This document shows, piece after piece, positions 39,057 through 47,496 of a stretch of DNA of 64,000 nucleotides (positions are counted from its first letter, which is position 1; each line of letters opens with the position of its first letter). The notes under the pieces are model-generated. The model saw only the letters and a program-made list of their open reading frames with translations, was not told the origin of the DNA and made no database searches. The stretch is from positions 171,364 through 235,363 of IMG/VR virus record IMGVR_UViG_3300009370_001221; one strand, 5' to 3'. The position numbers were made by a program, and so were the translations under genes.

Positions 39057-39523
39057 CCTTTAAAGCCAGCATCAGGGTTAGTATAAATGGAACTATTCTT
39101 ATCATTTTCTCTAGACTCTACACTAATAACCCATGCTCGTCCTCTTGTACGTTCCCGCAACCATTCATCTGCCCACATACAAATACGCATAGCAGTTCCT
39201 TCCATACCTGGTCCTTCTTCTTGTACAATTAATTTACATACACCCGCATCGTGCATTGCTTGAAATGTTTCCATCCACGGATCATCATGATCAACTACAA
39301 ATGTATGATCATAATTTTCTTCTAACCATTGTTTTACTCCATCCAAGTCACCATAATCAACAAGGAATCCTTCCTTTGTCATTGTCTGTGCGCCAAATAC
39401 AAAGTGAAAACTACGACTATAACCGTGTATTAAATGGCAATTGCCATCGTGTTTGTGCTGTCTATGAGCACACGGAAAGTTCCAAAAACTTTTCGTTGAT
39501 GTAAATTCTGGTACGTCACTCAT
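39047..39523 (-). CDS. queD: 6-carboxy-5,6,7,8-tetrahydropterin synthase
   Basis: CAHR...HDGNCHLIHGY, VDYG, DH, E.T...I, E..KNS. Confidence 0.88.
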   Translation of the reverse strand: MSDVPEFTSTKSFWNFPCAHRQHKHDGNCHLIHGYSRSFHFVFGAQTMTKEGFLVDYGDLDGVKQWLEENYDHTFVVDHDDPWMETFQAMHDAGVCKLIVQEEGPGMEGTAMRICMWADEWLRERTRGRAWVISVESRENDKNSSIYTNPDAGFKGWL

Positions 39524-39532
39524 TGCTCTCTC

Positions 39533-39901
39533 CTAATCTATAATTACCATTCTACATAACCAAACTGGTTCATTTTTCTCTGTGTCCCAATGCGAATATT
39601 CTGCAGAGTCAGAATCTGTCCCGCACGTTTTATCTAACCACTGTCTAACTGTTAATCCCTCTTTACAAGCATGGCAAGATGGTATTAATGCGGCACAACA
39701 GTATCGCCCATCTCCATCTGATGGTGGTACAACCTCATCAATTGGCTCACATTGCTCACCAGTGAGTGTATCCATTCCAAGTACTCCCCAACATGCTTTG
39801 CCTTTTTCTGTCTCACCCCTATCACAACCTGCCAAATCAAAGCATAATAGTATCATTACTACCATGCCCAATATATACTGTGTTCTTTGCTTCATTACCA
39901 A
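39533..39901 (-). CDS. Cys-rich lipoprotein
   Basis: lipobox LAGC after a hydrophobic segment. Confidence 0.65.
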   Translation of the reverse strand: MVMKQRTQYILGMVVMILLCFDLAGCDRGETEKGKACWGVLGMDTLTGEQCEPIDEVVPPSDGDGRYCCAALIPSCHACKEGLTVRQWLDKTCGTDSDSAEYSHWDTEKNEPVWLCRMVIID

Positions 39902-40434
39902 TTCCTATTATACCACCAACATTCCCATGGAAATACGACCCACGATGGATCTTCTGTTTTGTTAATTTCACGAGCATTGAATGCTATGTCTTTAAACTCA
40001 CTGCCCGCGTTATTAAACAATACAGCAAATCTGATATTACGTTTCCATAATGCTTTGTTTTCATCAGGCATATGATATCCCTTCCCATAATGATGAAATA
40101 AATGTGGCTCTATAGTATTTTCCCAATCATTTACCATCCATTTGAAAGTTGCGCCAGTGTCATTAATATCATCTATGATAAGAATCTGTTTGCCTTCTAA
40201 TGCATCCAATGGTATTTCAGAATTAGATTCTTGTTGTACATTATCACGTAACCTAACATCTTGTATAACCATAGGACGATTGAGATAGTGACTTAACATT
40301 ACAGCAGGCAACATACCGCCTCGTGGTATGCCTACTATATAATCAGGCACCCAATTGTCTGCGTTCATTTGATGGCAAATGTCTAATACATACGATTTGA
40401 CATCTTGTGTATTAACATCTATCATTTTTGTCAT
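39895..40434 (-). CDS. type I phosphoribosyltransferase (purine PRT-like)
   Basis: VGIPRGG..PA..LSH, ILIIDDINDTGAT, WVVFPWE. Confidence 0.88.
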   Translation of the reverse strand: MTKMIDVNTQDVKSYVLDICHQMNADNWVPDYIVGIPRGGMLPAVMLSHYLNRPMVIQDVRLRDNVQQESNSEIPLDALEGKQILIIDDINDTGATFKWMVNDWENTIEPHLFHHYGKGYHMPDENKALWKRNIRFAVLFNNAGSEFKDIAFNAREINKTEDPSWVVFPWECWWYNRNW

Positions 40435-40691
40435 TACTTCAACTCCTGTTGTTGATTATCATCCTCTAATAGAGGAAAGTGTTTGGCCTCATATGCCTCA
40501 ATAAGTTCCATCAGTGTCAGCAGTTCCTCAACCCTTTTTAGGGCAGCTTTGTATTCTGCATCAGTTTCAATTGGTTTGTTGCTTGTCATATGTGTTCTGT
40601 CCTTCGTAAATTCTTGGTGCATCTTTTCAAAAGCTTCGACAACCTTTGGATCGTTCATCCACTGCTTTTTAAGTTTGGTAATACTAGTCAT
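40434..40691 (-). CDS. small protein resembling the N-termini of HigA-type antitoxins
   Basis: PIETDAEYKAALKRVEEL...L...IEAYEAKHFP. Confidence 0.55.
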   Translation of the reverse strand: MTSITKLKKQWMNDPKVVEAFEKMHQEFTKDRTHMTSNKPIETDAEYKAALKRVEELLTLMELIEAYEAKHFPLLEDDNQQQELK

Positions 40692-40703
40692 GTTACAATG
40701 TTT

Positions 40704-40809
40704 ACAGTTTTTATCTGCATCTCGTCCTTGGGCACTACCCCTATACGCAACTTAATCGTGGCTAATAGTGCTTGCAATACGACAGACCGGGTAACTGAAA
40801 ACCGGAAAA
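40704..40809 (-). ncRNA. putative structured RNA, copy 1 (family not recognised)
   Basis: ~105-nt near-identical repeat of 63718..63822; nested stems; substitutions keep pairing via G-U on the minus strand. Confidence 0.6.
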
Positions 40810-40817
40810 TATATCTC

Positions 40818-40997
40818 TTACCCCTCTTCCCAATGGCGATAATAAAAATGTTTACCAAGGGCATCTATTTCCTGTTGAGGATAACCATTCTCAACAAGCC
40901 ATTTTTTTACATCCTCTACACCTTCTGGTAACGGTTTAGGAAATCCATATCTCCAACCAGAAGGAGGATCAATCATTTTAATCTTCTTTTTTGTCAT
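40818..40997 (-). CDS. small hypothetical protein (MTKKKIKMIDPPSGWRYGFPK...)
   Basis: 59-aa ORF with ATGA overlap on the folE stop. Confidence 0.65.
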   Translation of the reverse strand: MTKKKIKMIDPPSGWRYGFPKPLPEGVEDVKKWLVENGYPQQEIDALGKHFYYRHWEEG

Positions 40998-41674
40998 GAT
41001 TTGTGTACTAACTGCATAAACTCTGCTCTATGTGCCGAGTCTGTTTTGTATCGTCCACCTAATTTACTTGTGATAGTATATGAACCTGTGTCCTCTACAC
41101 CTCTATGCTTAACACAGAAGTGAGCGGCGTCAATTACCACAGCAACCTCTTCAGTATCTAAAATAAAACTGAGTGCGTGGTAAATTTGTTCTGTTAAACG
41201 TTCTTGTATTTGTGGTCGTTTACTAAAGTATTCTACAATCCTGTTTAATTTGCTTAAACCCAATACTTTGTGTTTCGGAATATATCCTACGTGTGCCTTG
41301 CCATCAATAGCAACTAAATGATGCTCGCAAAAAGAAGATACTTGTATGTTCCTTTCTACAACCATCTCATCGTAGTCTATTTTGTTTGCTACTGCTGTAC
41401 ATTTGGGAAATGCATCTGGACTTAAACCCCAAAATATTTCATTAACATACATTTTAGCAACACGTTTTGGCGTATCCATTAAACTATCGTCTGTTAAATC
41501 CATTCCCACAATCTCAAGAACTTCTTCCATTCTACGTTCGATTGCTTCTATTTTTTCTGTTCTTGAAAGTGTATACAGACTTGAAGTGACAGGCGTTTCA
41601 AGGCCTAACTTTGATAAATGTTCGTGAACTTGCTGACCCAGATGAGAGTCAGTCTTTGTTTTGTTATAACTCAT
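40994..41674 (-). CDS. folE: GTP cyclohydrolase I
   Basis: DTPKRVAKM, SFCEHH, GLSKLNR, RPQIQERLT, H.CV..RG. Confidence 0.96.
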   Translation of the reverse strand: MSYNKTKTDSHLGQQVHEHLSKLGLETPVTSSLYTLSRTEKIEAIERRMEEVLEIVGMDLTDDSLMDTPKRVAKMYVNEIFWGLSPDAFPKCTAVANKIDYDEMVVERNIQVSSFCEHHLVAIDGKAHVGYIPKHKVLGLSKLNRIVEYFSKRPQIQERLTEQIYHALSFILDTEEVAVVIDAAHFCVKHRGVEDTGSYTITSKLGGRYKTDSAHRAEFMQLVHKS

Positions 41675-41731
41675 TTTCCTTCCTTACTCGGTTGTTGTTT
41701 TACATCAGTTACCTTTGTGTAACTCTGCTAA

Positions 41732-41739
41732 TATTTATA
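41732..41739 (-). promoter_or_regulatory. T4-type late promoter motif TATAAATA upstream of folE
   Basis: exact TATAAATA; also overlaps the stop of the upstream gene. Confidence 0.4.
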
Positions 41740-42817
41740 TTTCTAGAAGCCACGGCGATAAAATATTGTCAAACATAATATCGGCACTTAAGAAATTATG
41801 TGTTAATACTTCTACTTGTTCGTCTAAATATTCCTTTTTTACAATGTCATAGTTGCTACATAGTGTAGTAATAAAGTCTTGTAAATCTTCTTTATGCTCT
41901 TGGTAATTCCCATAACTTTCAGTCCATACACTAGGATATTTGAATACATCCTTATACATTTCACTATAACTTGCTCTATCTGGAACAATAGGAATAGCGC
42001 CTGCTAAACATCCCTCCATCATACTAATACCCAAATTTTCATGTAGAGCACAACTAAACACCGCTTTTGCTTGTCCCATTGTTGCATAATAGTCTTCTTT
42101 ACTTAAATTTAAGTTTTGGGTAATTACAACATTATATGGAGTTAAATCAAGATCTTCTATAATTTCAGGTTGTTTATCTTCATTGTAACGATGCGGCCAC
42201 ATAATAGTATCTCGTTTAGGACTATTATAATATTGTTGCAATTGCTCTACAATAGGATTATGTGGTTGTCCACTGCGTATTGCTTTGCTGTGATATATGT
42301 CAGGTATTTCCAAGTTGTGTAAAAATATATCCTTATGGAAATTAGTTGCATAATAATTATAGTCACATGCCATAAACCATGATTTTTCCTGTAAATGTGG
42401 CCATGGTTTAGACATCTTTAGACCCAATATGTCAGTTGGATCGTATGCGCCTGCATGCCAAATACCGTGTATCTCTACAGGTATGTCAAGCAGTTCGCTC
42501 ATGTATTTGATGGGTGTTACAATGAAGTTCCAAGCGTCAGTAATAAGGAATTTGTCGCCGGGGAGGATGAGACCCTTGCTAAACAATTCGCTTACTCGCG
42601 CGGTTTGGCTAGCCTTGTACTCATTTGTTTTTCCGAAGTCAAGGAACGCACCGCTGGTGGTTTTATCTTCAACAGTAACCCCATCGATAGTTTCAACACA
42701 GTACTCTAAACTGTGTTCTGCTATTTTCTCTTCAAGAAGTGATGGAATATTATCGTACCATTGTTTCGTATAGCGTTGATCTATAGGCTCAATGGGTATA
42801 ATATAAATTGTATTCAT
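41735..42817 (-). CDS. GT-B (GT4-like) glycosyltransferase
   Basis: WPHR...DKQP, ENLGISMME (Ex7E), GAIPIVPDR.SY.E. Confidence 0.8.
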   Translation of the reverse strand: MNTIYIIPIEPIDQRYTKQWYDNIPSLLEEKIAEHSLEYCVETIDGVTVEDKTTSGAFLDFGKTNEYKASQTARVSELFSKGLILPGDKFLITDAWNFIVTPIKYMSELLDIPVEIHGIWHAGAYDPTDILGLKMSKPWPHLQEKSWFMACDYNYYATNFHKDIFLHNLEIPDIYHSKAIRSGQPHNPIVEQLQQYYNSPKRDTIMWPHRYNEDKQPEIIEDLDLTPYNVVITQNLNLSKEDYYATMGQAKAVFSCALHENLGISMMEGCLAGAIPIVPDRASYSEMYKDVFKYPSVWTESYGNYQEHKEDLQDFITTLCSNYDIVKKEYLDEQVEVLTHNFLSADIMFDNILSPWLLEI

Positions 42818-43245
42818 TGGTATAATCTTGTAATATCTTCTTCGTCACACTGGCTACCATATTGTACCTCTATAATGCTTAATTCCTGTCTTGAGGGATT
42901 AATCAATTGATGCCAAGTACCTGCTGGTATGACTAATGTTTCAGTTTCATGTAGTATAACAGTAGTGCTATTATCTTCTATTAAATCTTGCTCTACTTTT
43001 TTACTACCCCGTGGGTAATCTTCACTGAGTATTACCCTTGCTACGCCACTATTAACGCACCAAAATTCTTCTCTGTGTTCATGCTTTTGAAAACTTAAAC
43101 ACATGCTAGGACTAACTACAAGTTCTTTCACTTTAACGCCGTTAAAGTCACCTAAAACTTTATAATGTCCCCATACGCGATATTCTTTTAGAACTTCTTC
43201 AAGAATTTCGGTAATTTTGGCGTTTGCGGTCTCTGTTGTGGTCAT
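42814..43245 (-). CDS. cupin, mannose-6-phosphate isomerase (ManC C-terminal)-like
   Basis: R.WG.Y.VL, L.FQKH.HR.E.W.V..G, IP.G.WH.L.N, IIEVQYG....E.DI.R. Confidence 0.85.
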   Translation of the reverse strand: MTTTETANAKITEILEEVLKEYRVWGHYKVLGDFNGVKVKELVVSPSMCLSFQKHEHREEFWCVNSGVARVILSEDYPRGSKKVEQDLIEDNSTTVILHETETLVIPAGTWHQLINPSRQELSIIEVQYGSQCDEEDITRLYQ

Positions 43246-43420
43246 ATTTCTTATATCCTGGCCAGTAACGTGCTTTGCCTGTGTCCTTCCATTTAAGGAA
43301 ATCATCATAAGGAGTTCTTTCCTTATACATATGTGCTTCGTTAAAAACACGCCCGTAAATTCTACAGAAATCTCGGTACTCATCAAGGTCGTCAAAGACC
43401 TTTTTGACTGCTTCTTTCAT
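43199..43420 (-). CDS. hypothetical protein
   Basis: IF.DL..YRDFCR.YG.VFNE..MY. Confidence 0.65.
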   Translation of the reverse strand: MKEAVKKVFDDLDEYRDFCRIYGRVFNEAHMYKERTPYDDFLKWKDTGKARYWPGYKKYDHNRDRKRQNYRNS

Positions 43421-43425
43421 TGTTG

Positions 43426-43872
43426 TTATTCTGCGGCTAAAGTTATAGGATAGACGCAATGGCAGCCGTTTTCACCATCCTCGCCTACTTCAATCCATAC
43501 TTCTCTATCTGGATATCTGTCATTAATTTCCATATAAAGATCATCAGCAATCATCTCACAAGACTTATAGTCTAATTCCAATGTTGTGCCATACAAACCT
43601 TCCAACCAACGTTTAAATTGAATAAATTCAATATCTCTGTCGTCGTGGAATACTTGTATAGTAACCTTAAAGTGGAATGTGTGGCGATGTGGATATCCGA
43701 GAAAGGATACATCATACTCATCACCAGTTGCTAATGCGGGATCTTCTAATGCGGCCGGGTATTTGTGTATACCCTCTTTTTGAAATTTAACCCAAATCAT
43801 TTTGGGCATTTGTTGAACTTTTTCTGTTCTCAGTTGACGTCTATGATCGTCTATGTTGAATACTTCGTTCAT
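43426..43872 (-). CDS. T-fold QueD paralogue (DpdL-like candidate)
   Basis: LGYPHRHTFHF (LxxxHRHxF), DRDIEFIQFK, SCEM.A, V.EDGENG. Confidence 0.65.
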   Translation of the reverse strand: MNEVFNIDDHRRQLRTEKVQQMPKMIWVKFQKEGIHKYPAALEDPALATGDEYDVSFLGYPHRHTFHFKVTIQVFHDDRDIEFIQFKRWLEGLYGTTLELDYKSCEMIADDLYMEINDRYPDREVWIEVGEDGENGCHCVYPITLAAE

Positions 43873-43874
43873 AA

Positions 43875-44213
43875 TTAACTCGCAGGTTCAGTTGATACGT
43901 GTTCTTCTTTCCCATCTACCCCTTCCCACGATTTGTGGTCGGGCATTGGGTCCTTCTGCTCCGTTATGTTGGGCCATACTTTAGAATATTTGTCGTTGAA
44001 TTCTGCCCAATCAATATTGCCAGTTTGTGTATATTCATTGTCTGGCACAATGGCTTCAATAGGACATTCAGGCTCACAAATGCCACAGTCAATGCATTCG
44101 TCTGGGTGTATAACCAGCATATTTTCGCCTTCGTAGAAACAGTCTACAGGACATACTTCTACACAGTCCGTTAATTTACATTTAACGCAATTTTCGTTAA
44201 CTATATAAGTCAT
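43875..44213 (-). CDS. fdxA: 7Fe ferredoxin (FdxA type)
   Basis: [33 protein letters not shown]. Confidence 0.92.
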   Translation of the reverse strand: MTYIVNENCVKCKLTDCVEVCPVDCFYEGENMLVIHPDECIDCGICEPECPIEAIVPDNEYTQTGNIDWAEFNDKYSKVWPNITEQKDPMPDHKSWEGVDGKEEHVSTEPAS

Positions 44214-44219
44214 AACACA

Positions 44220-44248
44220 AGTATACTACGACCACTTGATATTGTCAA
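44220..44248 (-). promoter_or_regulatory. sigma70-like promoter upstream of the fdxA/T-fold/GT/folE run
   Basis: TTGACA-17-TATACT. Confidence 0.65.
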
Positions 44249-44492
44249 GCAAAGACGAGTGTCCTTTTTTATAATTTATTACTATATTTCCTTGGCCATC
44301 AACGCCGTCCCATGTGAAATCTTCCCCATATATTAGACCTAATGTGCCTAAATGATTACATATCATAGCAACGGCTTCAACGGTTCTATAGTTGGCGTTT
44401 AGTGCGCCGCCTTCTATAGATTTACCCGTTGTTTCGCCTATCCATCTATCACGGACAGTAACACTATTAATTTTGAATTTTCCAATTTCCAT
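44226..44492 (-). CDS. hypothetical protein
   Basis: ORF in operon. Confidence 0.55.
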   Translation of the reverse strand: MEIGKFKINSVTVRDRWIGETTGKSIEGGALNANYRTVEAVAMICNHLGTLGLIYGEDFTWDGVDGQGNIVINYKKGHSSLLDNIKWS

Positions 44493-45130
44493 CAGTATAC
44501 TGATTTAATTTTATCTGCTATTCCATATTTTACTGCTTCTTCAGCATTGAGCCACACGTCTTGCGGTGGTAGTAATACTTCACGAATCTTCTTTTCAGAT
44601 AATCCAGTACATTTCTTATAATGCATTAACATACGTTCTGTACTCATCTCAAATTCTCTTACAACTGCGAACAATTCGTGTTCTTTACCTCTACTGCCCC
44701 AACTATATTGATGACTTAATATGCTAGTATTTGGGGTAATTGTTCTATGACCTTTTTGTCCAGCCATAAATGTTAGTACGCCACAAGAGGCAATCATACC
44801 TAGTCCTACTGTGTGGACAGGGATCGCTGATCCTTTCATACAATCAATTAACGCAAATGCGTGGGCAACCTCACCACCAGGACTATTAATCATTAGTGTG
44901 AGATGTTTTGGTTTAAATTTTGAGGGCAATACATTTTTCTCAAGTATAAATCTAATTGCCATACCACAGGACTCTTCATTAAAGTCAGTCATGAACATAT
45001 GAATATTATTATCATATAGTGGATCACCGCTAGGTTGCGGCCCACGTGGTCGTTGTGGTTTTGGTCCTGCTTCTGTGTCTTTATCTTCTGCTTCTTTCTT
45101 GACTACCTTCTTCTTTTTCTTTACTGCCAT
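44492..45130 (-). CDS. clpP: ClpP-like protease subunit
   Basis: INSPGG.V..AFA.ID.M, G.IASCG, HQ.S.G, D.WL.AEEA..YG..D. Confidence 0.88.
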   Translation of the reverse strand: MAVKKKKKVVKKEAEDKDTEAGPKPQRPRGPQPSGDPLYDNNIHMFMTDFNEESCGMAIRFILEKNVLPSKFKPKHLTLMINSPGGEVAHAFALIDCMKGSAIPVHTVGLGMIASCGVLTFMAGQKGHRTITPNTSILSHQYSWGSRGKEHELFAVVREFEMSTERMLMHYKKCTGLSEKKIREVLLPPQDVWLNAEEAVKYGIADKIKSVY

Positions 45131-45235
45131 GTTTTTGCTCCTCTATATCATTGATTCGTTTCTCTATAGGAAATCGAATAATATTGTATTGTTTGTTTAG
45201 TTCTATACGTTGCTGTATATACTCTAAAAGTGTCA

Positions 45236-46714
45236 TTACTCAAACAAGTTATGAAATGATTCCTCTGCACTATATGTTTCTTTGGCCATCACTTCATCCT
45301 TTCCCATTGGTTCTATGCCTAATTCATCTGCATAGGCTTCAGAAGTATTTACCCCTTGGATGCGTGTAAACCATCTACTGTATTTCTCTACTTCAGCAAT
45401 GGCATTAGCATGATCTTTCTTAGAAAATATCTCATGAATTACCTCTGCTATATGAGCGCCATTTGGTGCTACTAATTGTTTAGGCATTATTCCTTGATCA
45501 TAACATTCATTTGCTCGTTGTGTTGCTAAAATATGCAAGTAAACATTGTGTCCCATTTGTAATGCATAACTAAAACTATCCCAACTCGTTCTTCCTTCCT
45601 TGCCTATTTTGTTTAAATCACCTGGTCCATATGGGCAAACGTCTCGCATTTCTATACGCTCACTAATAGGACTGGGTTCCCAATCTCGATCAGGAAACTC
45701 AATATTATAATCAAATATCCTTGTATCTTTAGCATACTTTTTGTCATCTATTGCCTTAAGCATTTTATAAGTCCAACCCTTGCGTAAATGGTCAGTGTGT
45801 ATGCTAGTATACATTGTGCCATATGCTGTTGCTAAAAACGGTGACGCACAATCATAAGACAGTATAATATTTGGGTTTATTTTGTCGTGTATTTCACGTT
45901 GGAATGCTGTTAGTACAATACTCCAAAGCAGTTCACCTGTACCCAAATAATGCATCCATTCTGTCTCACCTAAAAAGCCATCCTCACGCATCTTTAATAG
46001 TCTGCGTATAGCAATTTCTACATCCTTTTTATTAATAGAACTTAATGCCCATCCCTCAAAGTTTGCCTTCTCGCCTGTGCTGTATGGTTTAACTGCCTCA
46101 TACCATTCCTCACATTGTTTCCAATTGTTACCTTGTAATACATTTAGAAACTTTGTCGCACCTGGCTCACGTGCTTGTGCGAAGTAATCATTATTGTTTA
46201 ACGTGCCTTGTAAACACTTTTGCCAAGTATCTAATCCATGTAAGTGTGCATGAGTAACACTAAATGTAGGTAAGTCAAGCACCATAGAGTAATCAAATGT
46301 GCCTTCTAAAAATCGTAATACTTTTTCTCGTATTGCGTCAGTTTTCTTATCAACACCATATGGCTCTAACCACTCTCCCATCCACACGCCTTTAGATATT
46401 TGGAATCCACCACTGTCACCCACTAATACAGTGTCTGGTGCTCTATTGCGGACCATGTCCTCTTTAGCAACAAACTTATCCAAATTCATATCAGCATGTC
46501 CAGCAGAATACAATGCCCAAGGATACTTAAAATATCCTTCTTTAGTGTTAAGGAAATTTAAGCCTTCTATACCACTAGTAAAACGTGATGGAATTCTGTC
46601 TTGAGGTACAAAATCTTCGTATCGTTGTTTGCCTACATACGCGGCATAAAAACTACTAATGGCTGGTAAGTAGATTGCATAATTTCCTTGTGTTTCTACA
46701 AGGTTCTCTCTCAT
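45236..46714 (-). CDS. dpdA: TGT-fold guanine transglycosylase, probably DNA-targeting (DpdA-like)
   Basis: DSGGFQ, VLD.P, VLQG, H.LG, DCASP, HN; clusters with folE/queD/queE and follows the sliding clamp. Confidence 0.8.
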   Translation of the reverse strand: MRENLVETQGNYAIYLPAISSFYAAYVGKQRYEDFVPQDRIPSRFTSGIEGLNFLNTKEGYFKYPWALYSAGHADMNLDKFVAKEDMVRNRAPDTVLVGDSGGFQISKGVWMGEWLEPYGVDKKTDAIREKVLRFLEGTFDYSMVLDLPTFSVTHAHLHGLDTWQKCLQGTLNNNDYFAQAREPGATKFLNVLQGNNWKQCEEWYEAVKPYSTGEKANFEGWALSSINKKDVEIAIRRLLKMREDGFLGETEWMHYLGTGELLWSIVLTAFQREIHDKINPNIILSYDCASPFLATAYGTMYTSIHTDHLRKGWTYKMLKAIDDKKYAKDTRIFDYNIEFPDRDWEPSPISERIEMRDVCPYGPGDLNKIGKEGRTSWDSFSYALQMGHNVYLHILATQRANECYDQGIMPKQLVAPNGAHIAEVIHEIFSKKDHANAIAEVEKYSRWFTRIQGVNTSEAYADELGIEPMGKDEVMAKETYSAEESFHNLFE

Positions 46715-47442
46715 TTACTTTGTGCTGGTAATATATAATTGTATTTTGCCAATCCGCTGTCTACTGATATTTGTAATGCACCTTTATCACTAAATGATAT
46801 TACTTTATCGCCAGTCAAATGTAAAACCTTCAACACTTGCTGTACTGGCCAAGTCCAACCTGTTTTTAATGCACCACTAACACTTGTTTCAAATACAAAT
46901 TGTCCTGCGTGTGTGCTGTGATCTCCAAATTCAAATATTAAGTTCTTTTTATCAGTTTTAACTGTAAATACATCTTCTTCTGAGTTAACTTGTGCTTGAT
47001 AGCCAAAACGCATAATAGATGGGGTGCCTGGTTCAAATTCAATATCCCATTCTACACCCTTAAACTTGACACTTTTAAGTTTGTTTTCTATAATTTCAGC
47101 ATTCATAAACCTGTAATCATTTTGGAAATCACCTGCTTTATTCTCAAAGTGGATGCCTGTTGGAACTACCTCACCATTACGTTCCTGCTGATTAAGTTCT
47201 AACTTCGCATCTTCCTTATACTCGGGAATCTTTAATAGTGTGTCTAGTTTGTTAAGGTTTGGCATACCAAATGTGCCCACAAATGCTGACACTGGGTCGT
47301 GTGTTTCTGCTTGTAACACGACACTCCTATCTTCAGCCATAGACTCTATTAATGTGTCTGTTGTGGTGCCAGTTACCTTAATAATTTCTAAAAAACCTAA
47401 GGCATGTGTGTGACTAATTACATCTGCTAAAATATCTTTCAT
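46711..47442 (-). CDS. gp45: DNA polymerase sliding clamp (gp45-like)
   Basis: size, repeated beta-rich halves, position next to pol; recognised only by overall resemblance. Confidence 0.6.
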   Translation of the reverse strand: MKDILADVISHTHALGFLEIIKVTGTTTDTLIESMAEDRSVVLQAETHDPVSAFVGTFGMPNLNKLDTLLKIPEYKEDAKLELNQQERNGEVVPTGIHFENKAGDFQNDYRFMNAEIIENKLKSVKFKGVEWDIEFEPGTPSIMRFGYQAQVNSEEDVFTVKTDKKNLIFEFGDHSTHAGQFVFETSVSGALKTGWTWPVQQVLKVLHLTGDKVISFSDKGALQISVDSGLAKYNYILPAQSK

Positions 47443-47465
47443 TGATTACTCCTACGTTAAAGTAT

Positions 47466-47494
47466 ATTATATTATAAAATTGATTAATTGTCAA
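47466..47494 (-). promoter_or_regulatory. sigma70-like promoter for the clamp-dpdA operon
   Basis: TTGACA-17-TATAAT, perfect consensus. Confidence 0.75.
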
Positions 47495-47496
47495 GA

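Noticed and set aside
40704-40809. Calling the repeated element a preQ1, ZTP, THF or guanidine riboswitch, or a pistol/twister/hammerhead ribozyme
   Set aside because: Only short chance matches (e.g. UACCCGGUC, GCAACUUA); the conserved cores as I recall them are absent. Left unassigned pending Infernal.
41735-41770. FDNIL near the GT C-terminus as a fourth clamp-binding tail
   Set aside because: It does not match FxxLF and is not terminal; too weak.
36823-46714. Reading the cluster as ordinary queuosine tRNA biosynthesis
   Set aside because: No queC, queF, queA or queG in the window. The TGT homologue is divergent, co-transcribed with the clamp and has a polymerase-like C-terminal tail, which fits DNA modification better. 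tRNA activity is not formally excluded.
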